This document shows, one piece after another, positions 49,043-60,048 of a stretch of 64,000 nt of DNA. Every line of letters starts with the position of its first letter. Positions within the stretch are counted from its first letter, which is position 1. The notes beneath the pieces were generated by a model. It was given only the letters and a program-made list of their open reading frames with translations. It ran no database searches and was not told where the DNA came from. The translations under genes were made by a program, and so were the position numbers. The stretch comes from Trueperaceae bacterium. GTDB lineage: Bacteria; Deinococcota; Deinococci; Deinococcales; Trueperaceae. The stretch spans positions 2,368,001-2,432,000 of the forward strand of contig OZ243927.1 in assembly GCA_965213925.1 (NCBI GenBank), written 5' to 3'.

Positions 49043-50182
49043 ATGAAGAGACGAAATGTATGTGTGTTCAGGGTCAAGACGCTCTTGTCCGCCCCCCTAT
49101 TCGCGCTGTTCGTAGGAGGCTGGGTCGGGGAGTTACCAGGACCGGGCTTCGCCCTCGCGCGGGGTGAAAGCGCCGACGTGATCATCGTGAGCAAGCCGCC
49201 GCCGCCCACCGTGCCGAGCGACCCCTCTCAAGGGCTGATCTTTCGCGCGCCCCTCGACATGTCCGCCTCGAGCATCACCTTCGACACCTCCAACACAGTG
49301 GAAGGTGAGACTACGGACGTGCCTAAAAGCCTCGAGTACCTCCGCTTAGACGCCGCTGGCGACGCCTACATCACCTTCGACGACGGACCCGCCGAAGCTG
49401 CGCCCGGCGGCGTTATGGTCATCGAAGACTTCATGAACCGGACGGGCTTCGATTCGTCCAGAGACCGCCTTATCACGGGCGAAGCGGCGGGTTTAGTGGG
49501 ACCGAAAGACCTCGCTTTAGCGGACGACTCAGGCGTCGTCATCGTCTCGGACTTTGCCGAGGCGAAGGTGGCTGTTTTCGACACTCGAGCCGGTAGTGAC
49601 GCCGCGCCGCGCTTCGTCACGTCCGAGCTTGGTCTGACGGAAGCGGGCGAGCCGCGCCGTCCTTGGGGTCTCGCCTTCGACACGGCGGCGGACAGGCTTT
49701 TCGTCGGCGGCACCGACGGCACGGTGCTCGTCTTCGACGACTACCTCGTCAACCGGGGCGAGGGCGGACCGGACCGCGTCATCACGCCCTTTTCAGGAGG
49801 CGGACAGGCATCTGCTAACATCCACGACCTCGTCTACTTAGCGGACGAAGACGTGCTCATCGCAACGGACGTGGGCGCGGCGACCACCGCCGACCAGCCG
49901 GGTTTCGACACGGACGGCAAGGTGTTTGTGCTCGAGAACGCGAGCACCGCCGAGGGCGAGACCGAAGTCAAGGCGCAACTCGCCGGACCGAGCACCATGC
50001 TGGGCAACCCCGTCGGCGCAGCATCCCACGGCAGCGACCTCTTCATCACCGAAAAAACGAAGGACACCGTGCTTCGCTTCGGTAACGTCCTTGGCATGTT
50101 GGGCGCGGTGAACGCCGCGCCGACGGGCGCAGTCACGGTGGCGAAACCCGAAGCGGTGGCGCTGGTGTCCGAGGAACGCTAG
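49043..50182 (+). CDS. secreted beta-propeller protein paralogous to the repeats of 44241-46688
   Basis: Shares AYITFD, LVGPKD, TDGTV.V.D.Y, DVGAATT.DQPGF.TDG, LGNPV. Confidence 0.75.
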   Translation: MKRRNVCVFRVKTLLSAPLFALFVGGWVGELPGPGFALARGESADVIIVSKPPPPTVPSDPSQGLIFRAPLDMSASSITFDTSNTVEGETTDVPKSLEYLRLDAAGDAYITFDDGPAEAAPGGVMVIEDFMNRTGFDSSRDRLITGEAAGLVGPKDLALADDSGVVIVSDFAEAKVAVFDTRAGSDAAPRFVTSELGLTEAGEPRRPWGLAFDTAADRLFVGGTDGTVLVFDDYLVNRGEGGPDRVITPFSGGGQASANIHDLVYLADEDVLIATDVGAATTADQPGFDTDGKVFVLENASTAEGETEVKAQLAGPSTMLGNPVGAASHGSDLFITEKTKDTVLRFGNVLGMLGAVNAAPTGAVTVAKPEAVALVSEER

Positions 50183-50383
50183 ATGAAGGCTTTATAAAGG
50201 TTTCTCTACACTTTCGCAAAGCGTTTTTGTGTGCTCTGAGCCCGCTTAGCTATATGAAATCCTTATAGTAAAGAAAACAATCTAGGGAAACCTATAGCGA
50301 AGTTGCTGCAGCAGGGCTACCGCTGTGAGAAACGCGCTAAAAAATGCAGCGAAAGCGACGTGCAGACGAGTCAAAGGAGAACC

Positions 50384-52378
50384 ATGAACACGGCAGCGAA
50401 AAGCGTCTCTCGGGTGCCCCACCCTTCCGCACCCGAGTCCACAGGTATCTACACCGCCCCCGAAGGGACGGGGCACGCCGTTTTGGGGCGCACGCTGCCC
50501 TCTTTGCTCGACGAAGCGTGCCGCAACAACCCGAACGAGCGGGCGTTTAATCAGTTTAGGGAGGGCGTGTGGCAGCCCCTGTCTACCGCTGACTTCCGCA
50601 CCCAGAGCGAAGCTTTAGCGCTCGGGCTTACCGATCTGGGCTTAGAGAGAGGCGACCGCGTCGCCTTTTTCACGCACAGCGACCTCTCGTTCTGCCTCCT
50701 CGACATGGCGTGCGCTATCGCGGGCTTGGTCAGCGTGCCGATTTACCTCACGCACGCACCCGAGGCGATACGCTTTATATTAGATGAGACCCAGGCGAAG
50801 GTGCTCGCCGTTTCGGACGGGGCACTTTTAGCCGATATCGAGCCGCTGTTGGGTAATGTGAAGGGGCTCGAGTCCCTCCTCATTTGCGACGCCGAGAACG
50901 CTCCCTCAACCTCTAAGCTCCCTCTTCTCTCTTACAGCGACGTGCAAGAACGCGGTGAGCACGTGCGCCGCGAGCGTCCAGACGCGGTTAAAGCGCTCCG
51001 CGCGGACCTGCAACCGGACGACCTCGCCACCATCATCTACACCTCCGGCACGACGGGTACGCCCAAAGGCGTCATGCTCAGTCACGAGAACCTATCCTCA
51101 AACGCGGTCGCAGCCTTTAGCGGCATCCACGACCTTAAACGCGGCGAAGAGGTGGCGCTCTCCTTTTTGCCCCTCACGCACGTGTTCGCGCGGGCGATCC
51201 AGTACGGCTATATGGCGTGGGGCGTCGCGGTGTACTTCACGACGCCGGACAAGGTCGGCGAGCACCTGCGCGACGTGGAGCCCACTGTTTTTGCCACCGT
51301 GCCGCGCGTGTTGGAAAAGGTCTACGAGCGCATCCTTACGGCGGGCAGCGCCCTCTCCGGCACTAAAAAGCGGCTTTTCGACTGGGCGCTAGAGTTGGCG
51401 CGGCGCTACCGCGTCGGTGAGATGCCTAAGAGCCTCTACGCGCTGCAACTGCGCGCCGCCGACAGGCTCGTCTTAGCGCGTTGGCGCGCGGCTTTGGGCG
51501 GCGAAATGCGCTTAGTCATCGTGGGCGGCGCAGCCTTGCGCCCCGAACTGGTGCACCTCTTCGGCGCAGTCGGCATCGACGTGTTGCAAGGCTACGGTCT
51601 CACCGAGACGAGCCCCATCATCGCCTACAACCGCCCCGAGGCGAACCGCGCTGGCACGGTTGGGCAAGTCTTAGCTGGCGCAGAGGTCAAGCTGAGCGAA
51701 GAGGGCGAAATCTTGACGCGCGGTCCGCACATCATGAAGGGCTACTACAACAACCCTAAAGAGACGAATAAAGTCATTGACGAAGAGGGCTGGTTTCACA
51801 CCGGCGACTTAGGCGAAGTATCCGAAGACGGCTTTCTCAGCATCACCGGACGGGTCAAAAACCTCTTCAAGCTCTCGACGGGCAAGTACGTGATGCCGCA
51901 ACCCTTGGAAGGCGTTTTAGAAACCGACGACCTCATCGAAACCGCGCTAGTCGTGGGCGAAAGCGAGAAGTACACCGCCGCGCTGCTCTTTTTAAGCCAG
52001 GACCAACTTAGGAGCTTCGCCAAGCGCCTCGAGCTAACGGGGGAGATGGCGGATTGGCTCAAATCTGACGCCCTGCAAACGCATCTCAAAGAGGTCATCG
52101 AGCACGCCAACCATAGCCTGCCGCACTGGTCACACGTCAAACGCGCGGCGCTGATTGCGGAGAGTCTGACGCTCGAGGGCGGTCTCCTCACGCCGACGTT
52201 GAAAGTTAAGCGGCAAGAGGTCAAGGCGCACTACAAGGCGCAGCTCGACGCCCTATTCAGTCGCGGCGACGCGCTCAGTGAAGAAAGTAGCGCGCAAGAT
52301 GGCGAGGGACACAGCGGAAAAGCCCCTCCTGCGAGTGCTATTATAGGTGTCGAAACGCAAAAAAGCGTCCAGGCTTAG
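50384..52378 (+). CDS. long-chain fatty acid-CoA ligase
   Basis: YTSGTTGTPKG, GYGLTE and WFHTGD motifs; AAGGAG RBS. Confidence 0.93.
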   Translation: MNTAAKSVSRVPHPSAPESTGIYTAPEGTGHAVLGRTLPSLLDEACRNNPNERAFNQFREGVWQPLSTADFRTQSEALALGLTDLGLERGDRVAFFTHSDLSFCLLDMACAIAGLVSVPIYLTHAPEAIRFILDETQAKVLAVSDGALLADIEPLLGNVKGLESLLICDAENAPSTSKLPLLSYSDVQERGEHVRRERPDAVKALRADLQPDDLATIIYTSGTTGTPKGVMLSHENLSSNAVAAFSGIHDLKRGEEVALSFLPLTHVFARAIQYGYMAWGVAVYFTTPDKVGEHLRDVEPTVFATVPRVLEKVYERILTAGSALSGTKKRLFDWALELARRYRVGEMPKSLYALQLRAADRLVLARWRAALGGEMRLVIVGGAALRPELVHLFGAVGIDVLQGYGLTETSPIIAYNRPEANRAGTVGQVLAGAEVKLSEEGEILTRGPHIMKGYYNNPKETNKVIDEEGWFHTGDLGEVSEDGFLSITGRVKNLFKLSTGKYVMPQPLEGVLETDDLIETALVVGESEKYTAALLFLSQDQLRSFAKRLELTGEMADWLKSDALQTHLKEVIEHANHSLPHWSHVKRAALIAESLTLEGGLLTPTLKVKRQEVKAHYKAQLDALFSRGDALSEESSAQDGEGHSGKAPPASAIIGVETQKSVQA

Positions 52379-52431
52379 TGACGTTGTAGCCGCGAATAGC
52401 AACTAAGTAAAACCCAAGATTGGAGCAACGC

Positions 52432-53785
52432 ATGGCGATTAAAAACCCTATGAAGATGATGGAGCTGATGAACAAGCTCGACGTGGATAAGGTCGCGAAA
52501 CTGTCCGAAAAGGTTGACCTCAACAAGCTCATCGGCATGGTCTCCTCGATGGACGAGAAAACCTTGAACCGCATGATGAAGATGGCTGCACCAAAAGAGG
52601 CGAGCGACTTGCCCCCCGCCAACGGCGACTTCTACGACATGGCTTCGACCTTCACCGAGCGCCAACGCATGATTCAGATGAAGCTCCGCGCCTTTATGGA
52701 GAACGAAGTCGAGCCGATCATCAACGACTACTGGCAGCGCGACGAGTTCCCCCAAGAACTCATCCCCAAGTTCCGCGAGTTAAACCTCATCAAAGAGATT
52801 TTCGACGAGAACGGCGAGCGCACCCCCGACGCTTCGATGATCGAGGGTATCACCACGATGGAGATGTCGCGCATCGACGTGTCCACAACCGTCTTCTTCG
52901 GTGTTCACGCCGGTCTCGCCATGTGCTCGATTTTGGTCGGCGGCTCCGAAGCGCAGAAGCGCAAGTGGCTCCCCAAAATGCGCGATATGGAGAGTCATCG
53001 GCGCGTTCGGTCTGACCGAGCCCGACGTCGGCTCCGCCGTCTCGCAAGGCATGAAGACCACCTGCCGCCGCGAGGGGGACGAGTGGGTCTTAAACGGCGA
53101 GAAGTACTGGATCGGCAACTCGACGTTTAGCGACATCACGATCATTTGGGCTCGCGACGAGGACGACGGACAGGTCAAAGGCTTCATCGTCCGCAACGAC
53201 ACGCCCGGCTTTAGCGTGAAGAAAATCGAGGGTAAGATCGCCCTACGCGCTGTTGAAAACGGTCACATCACCATGCAGAACTGCCGCGTCGCGGAAGAGG
53301 ACCGCCTCCAAAACGCCAACTCGTTCCGCGCCACCGCCAATGTGCTGCGCATGACCCGCGCGGGCGTCGCTTGGCAAGGCGTCGGCTGCTCGATGGGCGC
53401 GTACGAAAAGGCGCACGCCTACGCCCAGAGCCGCACCCAGTTCGGGCGTCCGATTGCCAACTATCAGCTCGTCCAGAACCTCTTAGTGCAGATGCTCGGC
53501 AACACCACCGCGCTGCAAACGATGTGCGTGCGCCTCTCGCAGATGCAAGACCTGGGCGAGATGACCGACGAGCAAGCCTCACTTGCCAAAGTCTTCTCCG
53601 CGAAGCGCTGCCGCGAGTCCGTCGCCCTAGCCCGCGAAGCGTTCGGCGGTAAAGGGATTCTCTTGGAAAACCACGTCGCTCGCTACTTCTGCGATACCGA
53701 AGCGATCTACTCGTATGAGGGGACGAACGAGATCAATACGCTCGTGGTGGGGCGTGCGGTGACGGGGTTAAGTGCGTTTGTGTAG
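52432..53785 (+). CDS. acyl-CoA dehydrogenase (glutaryl-CoA DH-like), +1 frameshift at ~52993
   Basis: N-terminal frame to [10 protein letters not shown], then [14 protein letters not shown]...YSYEGT.EIN in the next frame. Confidence 0.88.
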
Positions 53786-53858
53786 AGGTCGGAATCGATA
53801 AAATTTTAGAGGGTACAGTTCACTGTACCCTCTTTTAATTATCGTATGGCTTGTTAGT

Positions 53859-54821
53859 CTAGCGTAACGACATTACTGGATGGTTCTCGAGCGCATAGTC
53901 AATAAAGGGTACCAAGCCCATCTCGCCGACCTCTGCAAGTGCTCTTTCCGTCACCGGTAGCGTTCCCATCTCTTCGAACGCGGTAACCTGCACCTCGTCT
54001 TGAAGCAGTGCACTTAGAAACGCCCCGGCGACCTCTCCGTTGGATTCTGCGCTGAGGTACGCCTGCGTCATATCTACCCGAGGCTCGAGTCCCTCCGTCA
54101 GAAGGGGTGAGAGGTCGGTCTGCTCTACCGCGCCTAAAAGTTGGCTCGAATGTGCGAACAAGAGGTCGGCTTCGTTTATCGCTAGCTCTGTATCAAGCGT
54201 CTCGATAAGAGCTGCCCAAGGCCAGGACCAAGGGGAAGGCTTAGGTAGCGGAAAGGGAAAGGGATAAGGGGGACCGCCGCACCAGCCGACGAGTAGCTCA
54301 CCTTCTCGTGCTTGACGGAGAATGTCGTTTATCGGTACAGGCGTTGGACCAACGCCACCGTGAGATGTGAAAACGCCCGTGTAGCCCCAACTTACTGGAA
54401 CGCTCAAGTCCAGAGTATCTGTAGGTCCAGGCGGATCGCAAACGCGCGGGTCGCACCGAAAGGGATTTTCGAACCGCTCGAGCAGTTCGTAAATCTCCCT
54501 AGATGAGCGCCAATTATCCTCACGGCACCAGAGCGGCGTACATTCAACATCGGTGATAACAAGGTCGAAGTCAGTGGCCTTCTCCACCAATACGTCTTGC
54601 AGTTCCTCTAGCTCGAAATAGATGATCTCAGCGTTTATTTGGGCGTTGTCAGCCGCTTTCTCATAAAGTGCCTGCGCTTCCTCGCCTTGCGTATGTACGA
54701 TGGTGAGCGCTTCATGCTTGCCGAGCGTTTGTAAACCTGCCTCATCTACATTGCACGCCGCGAGTAGCGCTGCAGTGAGAACGCTCAAGCTTGCTAGCCC
54801 AATCTTCTTACAGTGTTTCAT
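53859..54821 (-). CDS. lipoprotein, divergent solute-binding-protein-like, with Cys/Pro-rich inserts
   Basis: Lipobox LAAC; C-terminal AGAFLSALLQDEVQ...GTLPV resembles ABC solute-binding proteins. Confidence 0.55.
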   Translation of the reverse strand: MKHCKKIGLASLSVLTAALLAACNVDEAGLQTLGKHEALTIVHTQGEEAQALYEKAADNAQINAEIIYFELEELQDVLVEKATDFDLVITDVECTPLWCREDNWRSSREIYELLERFENPFRCDPRVCDPPGPTDTLDLSVPVSWGYTGVFTSHGGVGPTPVPINDILRQAREGELLVGWCGGPPYPFPFPLPKPSPWSWPWAALIETLDTELAINEADLLFAHSSQLLGAVEQTDLSPLLTEGLEPRVDMTQAYLSAESNGEVAGAFLSALLQDEVQVTAFEEMGTLPVTERALAEVGEMGLVPFIDYALENHPVMSLR

Positions 54822-54922
54822 CGGTTTCTCCCTCTATTTAATTGCTCCGTACGAAAGCTGAAGCGAGAATAGGGAAAAGACCCTGAACGCAGCCTGACCG
54901 TGAGGAAAGTATGGGACTTTCT

Positions 54923-55885
54923 TTAGTACCCCCGCTCCTTATCCACCACATGCGTCAGCGCCTCCCCCGCCTCATACCGCCGCAAATTCTCTAAAAAAAT
55001 CTCTAGTGCCCTTTCGTCGTAGTGCGGTGTATCCCCCGAGTAGTGCGCCGTTACAATGACGTTCTCCATCTCCCAGAGCGGCGAGTCTTCCGGCAGCGGC
55101 TCCTCTTCAAATACGTCTAAGCCTGCTCCGGCAATTTGTCCTTCCTGTAGCGCCCAGATGAGGTCAGCCTCGTTCACGGTGCCGCCGCGCCCAATGTTGA
55201 TGAGGTAGCCCGAATCTTTCATCGCCCCGAATTCGTCCGCCGACATCATGTGCCGCGTCTCTTTGGTTAAGGGAACGGTAAGAATGACGAAATCCGCTTC
55301 GGGTAAGAGGGTGTGGAGTTCGTCTCGAGTCACCATCTTTTCCACACACGCAACCTCTTTCGAGGGATCACGCCGTACGCCCCAAACGCGCATTCCCAAG
55401 GTGGCGGCGAGCTTAGCCGTGCGTTCACCGATTGCGCCTACGCCGATAAGCAGCGCCGTCTTGCCTGCAAGTTCGAAGACGCTTCGCTCGTCCGCCTTGC
55501 GCCACCTATGCTGCGCTTGGTCTCGTACCGCGCCCGGCAGACCTCTTGCAAAGGCGAGCATGAACGACAAAATGTGTTCACTAATTGGAACGGCGTGAAC
55601 ACCTGAGACGTTCGTCAGGGTGAAAGGATGCTCGGCAGCGTCGGGGTACTTGAGGAGCCAGTCAGCGCCCGCGCCCCACTGCTGAAACCACCTAAGGTTC
55701 GGCGCTTTCGCCAAGAGGTCCCTGGGAAAAGACCCCGCTGCAACTTCGATATCGCTCAGCGAAGAGGTTACTTCATCCTTGTCTCTCGTGGCGCGAATCT
55801 CTAAGCGCGGCGCAGCGCGGCGCACTTCGTCCCACTGCGCGCCTGAAAAGTGGTCTTCGTTAAAGCCGATCAGAAGGATACCCAT
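54923..55885 (-). CDS. D-2-hydroxyacid dehydrogenase
   Basis: GVGAIG, NIGRG, LDVFEEEPL and VTAH motifs. Confidence 0.94.
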   Translation of the reverse strand: MGILLIGFNEDHFSGAQWDEVRRAAPRLEIRATRDKDEVTSSLSDIEVAAGSFPRDLLAKAPNLRWFQQWGAGADWLLKYPDAAEHPFTLTNVSGVHAVPISEHILSFMLAFARGLPGAVRDQAQHRWRKADERSVFELAGKTALLIGVGAIGERTAKLAATLGMRVWGVRRDPSKEVACVEKMVTRDELHTLLPEADFVILTVPLTKETRHMMSADEFGAMKDSGYLINIGRGGTVNEADLIWALQEGQIAGAGLDVFEEEPLPEDSPLWEMENVIVTAHYSGDTPHYDERALEIFLENLRRYEAGEALTHVVDKERGY

Positions 55886-56149
55886 AGAGATAGCGTTAGC
55901 TAAAACGGTGAATACGTTCGTAAGGTGGCGCGAAATGTCGGGATCAGGTGGCTAAAAAGGGCTTGAGCCCCCTGCACCTCAACCGTTTCGACTGCAACCT
56001 AAAACCCGGACGAAACTCGTTTAGCACCGTTTAGCACGGTGAAACTAGCAGTGAACCTCAGAACAGCCGATTTTCCTGTTCTCAACAGTGTTCTTCAAGA
56101 ACCTCGAGAAGCGTTATGCAGACTTTCGTCTGGGTTTGAGTGCAACCTC

Positions 56150-56178
56150 TTGACGAATAGCGCATACGGGTGTATAAT
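56150..56178 (+). promoter_or_regulatory. near-consensus sigma70 promoter
   Basis: TTGACG-N17-TATAAT. Confidence 0.75.
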
Positions 56179-56203
56179 ATTCCTTACTAGTCAACAAGAA
56201 GAC

Positions 56204-56229
56204 GCGCTCAGGACGAGCGCTTTTTTATT
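56204..56229 (+). terminator. intrinsic terminator just downstream of the promoter
   Basis: GCGCTC-AGGAC-GAGCGC followed by TTTTTTATT. Confidence 0.65.
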
Positions 56230-56331
56230 GCTCTTTTGAGCGGCTGCCGCCCGAGTCTCATCTCTACAGTCTTCCTTACAATGTCTTTGCTCCTGAGTCT
56301 TTATCGTTTCAGGAGGAGGAAGGGGTAAGCT

Positions 56332-56502
56332 ATGAACGAAGACCAGCGCAGAGAGTACGACGCCTTGATTCGCGGCATCATGGACCAGGCCGAAGAGATG
56401 AAAAACCCGGAAGACGACGAAGAGATGCTCTTTAGTAGGGTGAGTGACCTCTCGAGCAAGGTGGACGAACTGCGAGACTTGCTAGGAACGGTCTACAGTT
56501 AA
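56332..56502 (+). CDS. small acidic helical protein (56 aa), below the ORF-track cutoff
   Basis: AGGAGGAAGGGG upstream; MNEDQRREYDALIRGIMDQAEEMKNPEDDEEMLFSRVSDLSSKVDELRDLLGTVYS. Confidence 0.6.
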   Translation: MNEDQRREYDALIRGIMDQAEEMKNPEDDEEMLFSRVSDLSSKVDELRDLLGTVYS

Positions 56503-56548
56503 AAAAGTAGACGATGTTGGGGGCGTGCACCAGAAGGTGCGCGCCCCT

Positions 56549-58339
56549 TCAGTTGCTCGTGAGGGCGTCTCGAGCCGCTCTACTGCCGGTCTGTACCCTC
56601 CACAGTCCCGCGTAAATTCCGCTACGCTCCAACAACGTTTCGTGCTGACCCGCCTCCGCCAACTGCCCATGTTCCAACACATAAATTTTGTCCGCGTTGC
56701 GAATTGTCGAGAGTCTATGCGCAATAAGGATGACGGTGCGGTTCTCCGAAATCGTCTCTAGCGAGCGCTGGATCGCCGCCTCGGTCTCGTTGTCCACCGC
56801 TGAAGTTGCCTCGTCCAGAATCAGAATCGGCGGGTCCTTAAGTACCGCCCTCGCGATCGAGATGCGCTGACGCTGCCCGCCCGAGAGTTTCTGCCCTCGT
56901 TCGCCTACAACCGTGTCGTAACCGTTCGGTAAACCCTGGATGAAGTCGTGCGCTTCAGCAATCTTGGCAGCTTGAATTACATGCTTTTCGTCCGCGTCCA
57001 AGTCACCGTAGACGATGTTTTCCCAGACCGTCCCGTGAAACAAGAAAACATCTTGGCTGACGAAGCCGATAGCTCCGCGTAGGCTTCGCATTCGCAAATC
57101 GCGCAAATCTACGCCGTCTAGCGTGACGCGCCCTGCGGTGGGGTCATAAAAGCGCAACAGCAGTTTGATGAGCGTGCTCTTGCCCGCGCCCGTCGCGCCA
57201 ACAATCGCAGTGGTCTCGCCTTCACGCATGGTCAGGGAGAGGTTGTTGAGGACGTTGGGGCCATCCTTGTAAGCAAAGCTGACCTCTTCTAAGCGAATCT
57301 CGCCGCGCACGTTTGCCAGAACTTTAGAACCGTCAGTCATACTCGAGTCCGTATCGAGCAGATTCAAAATCCGCCTCGTGGACGCCATCGCCCGCTGGTA
57401 AAGGTCCAAAGTTTGCCCGAGCCGCGTGAGGGGCCACAGAAGCCGCTGGGTCATGAAGACGAGCACGCTGTAGACGCCCACCGCCATCGCCCCGCTCGTC
57501 GTCAGGTAGCCGCCATATACAAGCGTTGCAATAAAGCCCATCACGATCGCCATGCGAATAACCGGCACGAAGAGCGAGCTGAGCCGAATCGCTTTCTTGT
57601 TGCTCTCGCGGTACTCATCACTGCCCGCTTCAACCCTTTTAGCTTCGAACGCCTCCGCTGCAAAGCTCTTGATGGTCGCGATGCCGCTCAGGTTATTCGC
57701 AAGCTGCGAGTTGAGGAGCCCGACCCTTTCTCTCACCTCCGCGTAGCGCGGCGCGATGCGCTTTTGAAAGCGGAGCGAGCCCCAGATAATCACGGGCATC
57801 GGCAAAAAGGCGAGCCACGCCACCCCCGGAGCCGCCGCGAAGAAGATCGCGCCGATGATGAGGACTGTTGTGACAAGCTGCACGATGTCGTTTGCGCCCA
57901 CATCTAAAAAGCGCTCCAACTGGTTGATGTCGTCGTTCAACACAGATAAAAGCCCACCCGTCGAGCGGTCCTCGAAGTACGCTAGCTCCAAGTTCTGCAC
58001 GTGGTCGTAGGTCTCTACCCGCAGTTCATGCTGTAAAGTCTGCGCGAGGTTGCGCCACAGCACCTCCGCGATGTAGTCCGTCACCGACTCCAAACCCCAC
58101 ACTAAGAGGGTGATCGCCGCCAACACCCAAAGCTGCGTCATCACGTCTGTGAGCCCGAACCGCGCCAAAAAGGAGTCTTGCTGCTGCACCACCGTGTCCA
58201 CCGCTACCCCGATGAGGAGAGGCGGCGTGAGGTCGAAGGCTTTGTTTCCGACTGAAGCGATAATGGACCAGACCAGGTAGGCGCGGTGGTTGCGGGCGTA
58301 GTGCCAGAGGCGCGTAAGGGGATGAGCGGAGTCCGGCAT
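56549..58339 (-). CDS. ABC exporter, fused TMD and ATPase
   Basis: [23 protein letters not shown]. Confidence 0.95.
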   Translation of the reverse strand: MPDSAHPLTRLWHYARNHRAYLVWSIIASVGNKAFDLTPPLLIGVAVDTVVQQQDSFLARFGLTDVMTQLWVLAAITLLVWGLESVTDYIAEVLWRNLAQTLQHELRVETYDHVQNLELAYFEDRSTGGLLSVLNDDINQLERFLDVGANDIVQLVTTVLIIGAIFFAAAPGVAWLAFLPMPVIIWGSLRFQKRIAPRYAEVRERVGLLNSQLANNLSGIATIKSFAAEAFEAKRVEAGSDEYRESNKKAIRLSSLFVPVIRMAIVMGFIATLVYGGYLTTSGAMAVGVYSVLVFMTQRLLWPLTRLGQTLDLYQRAMASTRRILNLLDTDSSMTDGSKVLANVRGEIRLEEVSFAYKDGPNVLNNLSLTMREGETTAIVGATGAGKSTLIKLLLRFYDPTAGRVTLDGVDLRDLRMRSLRGAIGFVSQDVFLFHGTVWENIVYGDLDADEKHVIQAAKIAEAHDFIQGLPNGYDTVVGERGQKLSGGQRQRISIARAVLKDPPILILDEATSAVDNETEAAIQRSLETISENRTVILIAHRLSTIRNADKIYVLEHGQLAEAGQHETLLERSGIYAGLWRVQTGSRAARDALTSN

Positions 58340-58524
58340 GAAGTAGACTCTACCTCATGGACGCTTTAGGCCTCATTGCTTTAGCGCACGAAGTTGCCCG
58401 CCCTGTCTATCCGAGCGAGTCTTGCCAAGCGGGGACCCCGCCTCAACCATCACCGAAAGGCTTTAGTCTCCGTGATAGACTCATCTCACAGCGCTAAGGC
58501 GTCATCTAATATGGAGTCGCAACT

Positions 58525-59478
58525 TTGAAAATCGTTCTTCCAGGAGGTTCAGGGCAGGTTGGGTCGGTGTTGGCTCGAGCCTTTCTGTCAGACGGGCACG
58601 ACGTCACCGTGCTGAGCCGTCAGCCAACCCCTGGCGCGTGTCATACCGCCCTTTGGAATGGTAAAACCCTCGGTCCTTGGGCAGAGACGTTTGAGGGAGC
58701 GGACGTTGTCATTAACTTGGCGGGGAAAAACGTCAACTGCCGCTACACGCCGGAAAATAAGCGCGAGATCATGCGCTCACGGGTCGATTCGACGCGGGTT
58801 GTCGGTGAGGCTATCGCGCAGTGTAAGCGTCCACCTAAGCTGTGGCTCCAGTCGAGCACCGCGACGATTTACGCCCACCGCTACGACGCACCGAATGGCA
58901 AGATAACAGGCATCATTGGCGGTAACGAGCCCGACGCGCCTCGCAAGTGGGACTACAGCGTCGAGGTCGCTAAAGCGTGGGAAGCCGCCGTTGACGAGGC
59001 TAAGGTTCCCCGTACGAGAACCGTTCAACTGCGCTCCGCCATGATCATGAGCCCGGACGAGGGGGGTATCTTCGCGACGCTGCTCCGCCTCATCCAATCT
59101 GGGCTAGGCGGCAAGGCGGGCGACGGGCGGCAGTACGTGTCATGGATTCACGAGCGCGACTTCGTCCGCGCTCTGTACTGGCTCATTGAGCATGAGGAAT
59201 TAGAGGGTGCCATCAACCTCTCCTCGCCCAACCCCTTGCCCTACGCGGACTTCATGCGGCAACTGCGGGAGAGCGCAGGCGTACCTATAGGGCTGCCTGC
59301 AACCGAGTGGATGTTAGACATCGGCACGTGGCTACTCCGAACGGAAACGGAACTCGTTTTGAAGAGCCGGCGGGTTGCGCCGGCGCGGTTATTAGAGAGC
59401 GGCTTCTCGTTCGACTATCCTAAGTGGTCCGGGGCTGCGGATAACCTGTGCGAACGGTTTAAGAATCGGCGTGATTAG
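58525..59478 (+). CDS. TIGR01777 family NAD-dependent epimerase
   Basis: GGSGQVG, VINLAG, SRVDST, SWIH..D, SRRVAPARL. Confidence 0.9.
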   Translation: MKIVLPGGSGQVGSVLARAFLSDGHDVTVLSRQPTPGACHTALWNGKTLGPWAETFEGADVVINLAGKNVNCRYTPENKREIMRSRVDSTRVVGEAIAQCKRPPKLWLQSSTATIYAHRYDAPNGKITGIIGGNEPDAPRKWDYSVEVAKAWEAAVDEAKVPRTRTVQLRSAMIMSPDEGGIFATLLRLIQSGLGGKAGDGRQYVSWIHERDFVRALYWLIEHEELEGAINLSSPNPLPYADFMRQLRESAGVPIGLPATEWMLDIGTWLLRTETELVLKSRRVAPARLLESGFSFDYPKWSGAADNLCERFKNRRD

Positions 59479-60024
59479 GTGAGCAAGAATCTCAAACGCA
59501 CCAGTAAGTTTTTAAGCCTCGTGCTGCGGCATAAGCCAGAAGTTGTTGACTTGTCGCTCGACGCTAGGGGTTGGGTAAACGTTGATACACTTCTTAGAGC
59601 GGCGCAGCGTCACGGACATCCGCTCACGAAAGACCTCTTAGATGAAGTCGTTTTCACTAACGACAAACAGCGCTTTGCTTACAGCCCGGACGGGTCGAAG
59701 ATTCGGGCGAACCAGGGGCATTCGGTGGCGGTGGACTTGGGGCTCGAGCCTACCGAGCCGCCCCCTGTGCTCTATCACGGTACGGTGGCAAAGGTTTTAG
59801 AGTCGATCAAAGCGTCGGGCTTAGAGAAGCGGAGTCGGCAGCACGTTCACCTTTCTGCAACGGTTACAATAGCCAAGCGCGTCGGCGCACGTCGCGGAGA
59901 GCCTGTCGTGCTGCGCATTGACGCAAAGAGGATGAGCAAGGAGGGCTACCTCTTCTACCGCTCGGCGAACGGCGTCTGGCTGACAGAAGAGGTGCCTCAG
60001 CGCTACATCGCCGTCAGTCCGTAG
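59479..60024 (+). CDS. kptA: RNA 2'-phosphotransferase (Tpt1/KptA)
   Basis: SKFLSLVLRH, NDKQRF, IRANQGHS, YHGT, RQHVHLS, NGVWL. Confidence 0.95.
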   Translation: MSKNLKRTSKFLSLVLRHKPEVVDLSLDARGWVNVDTLLRAAQRHGHPLTKDLLDEVVFTNDKQRFAYSPDGSKIRANQGHSVAVDLGLEPTEPPPVLYHGTVAKVLESIKASGLEKRSRQHVHLSATVTIAKRVGARRGEPVVLRIDAKRMSKEGYLFYRSANGVWLTEEVPQRYIAVSP

Positions 60025-60048
60025 AGCCTGCTCTTTGTGACGTTCGCG

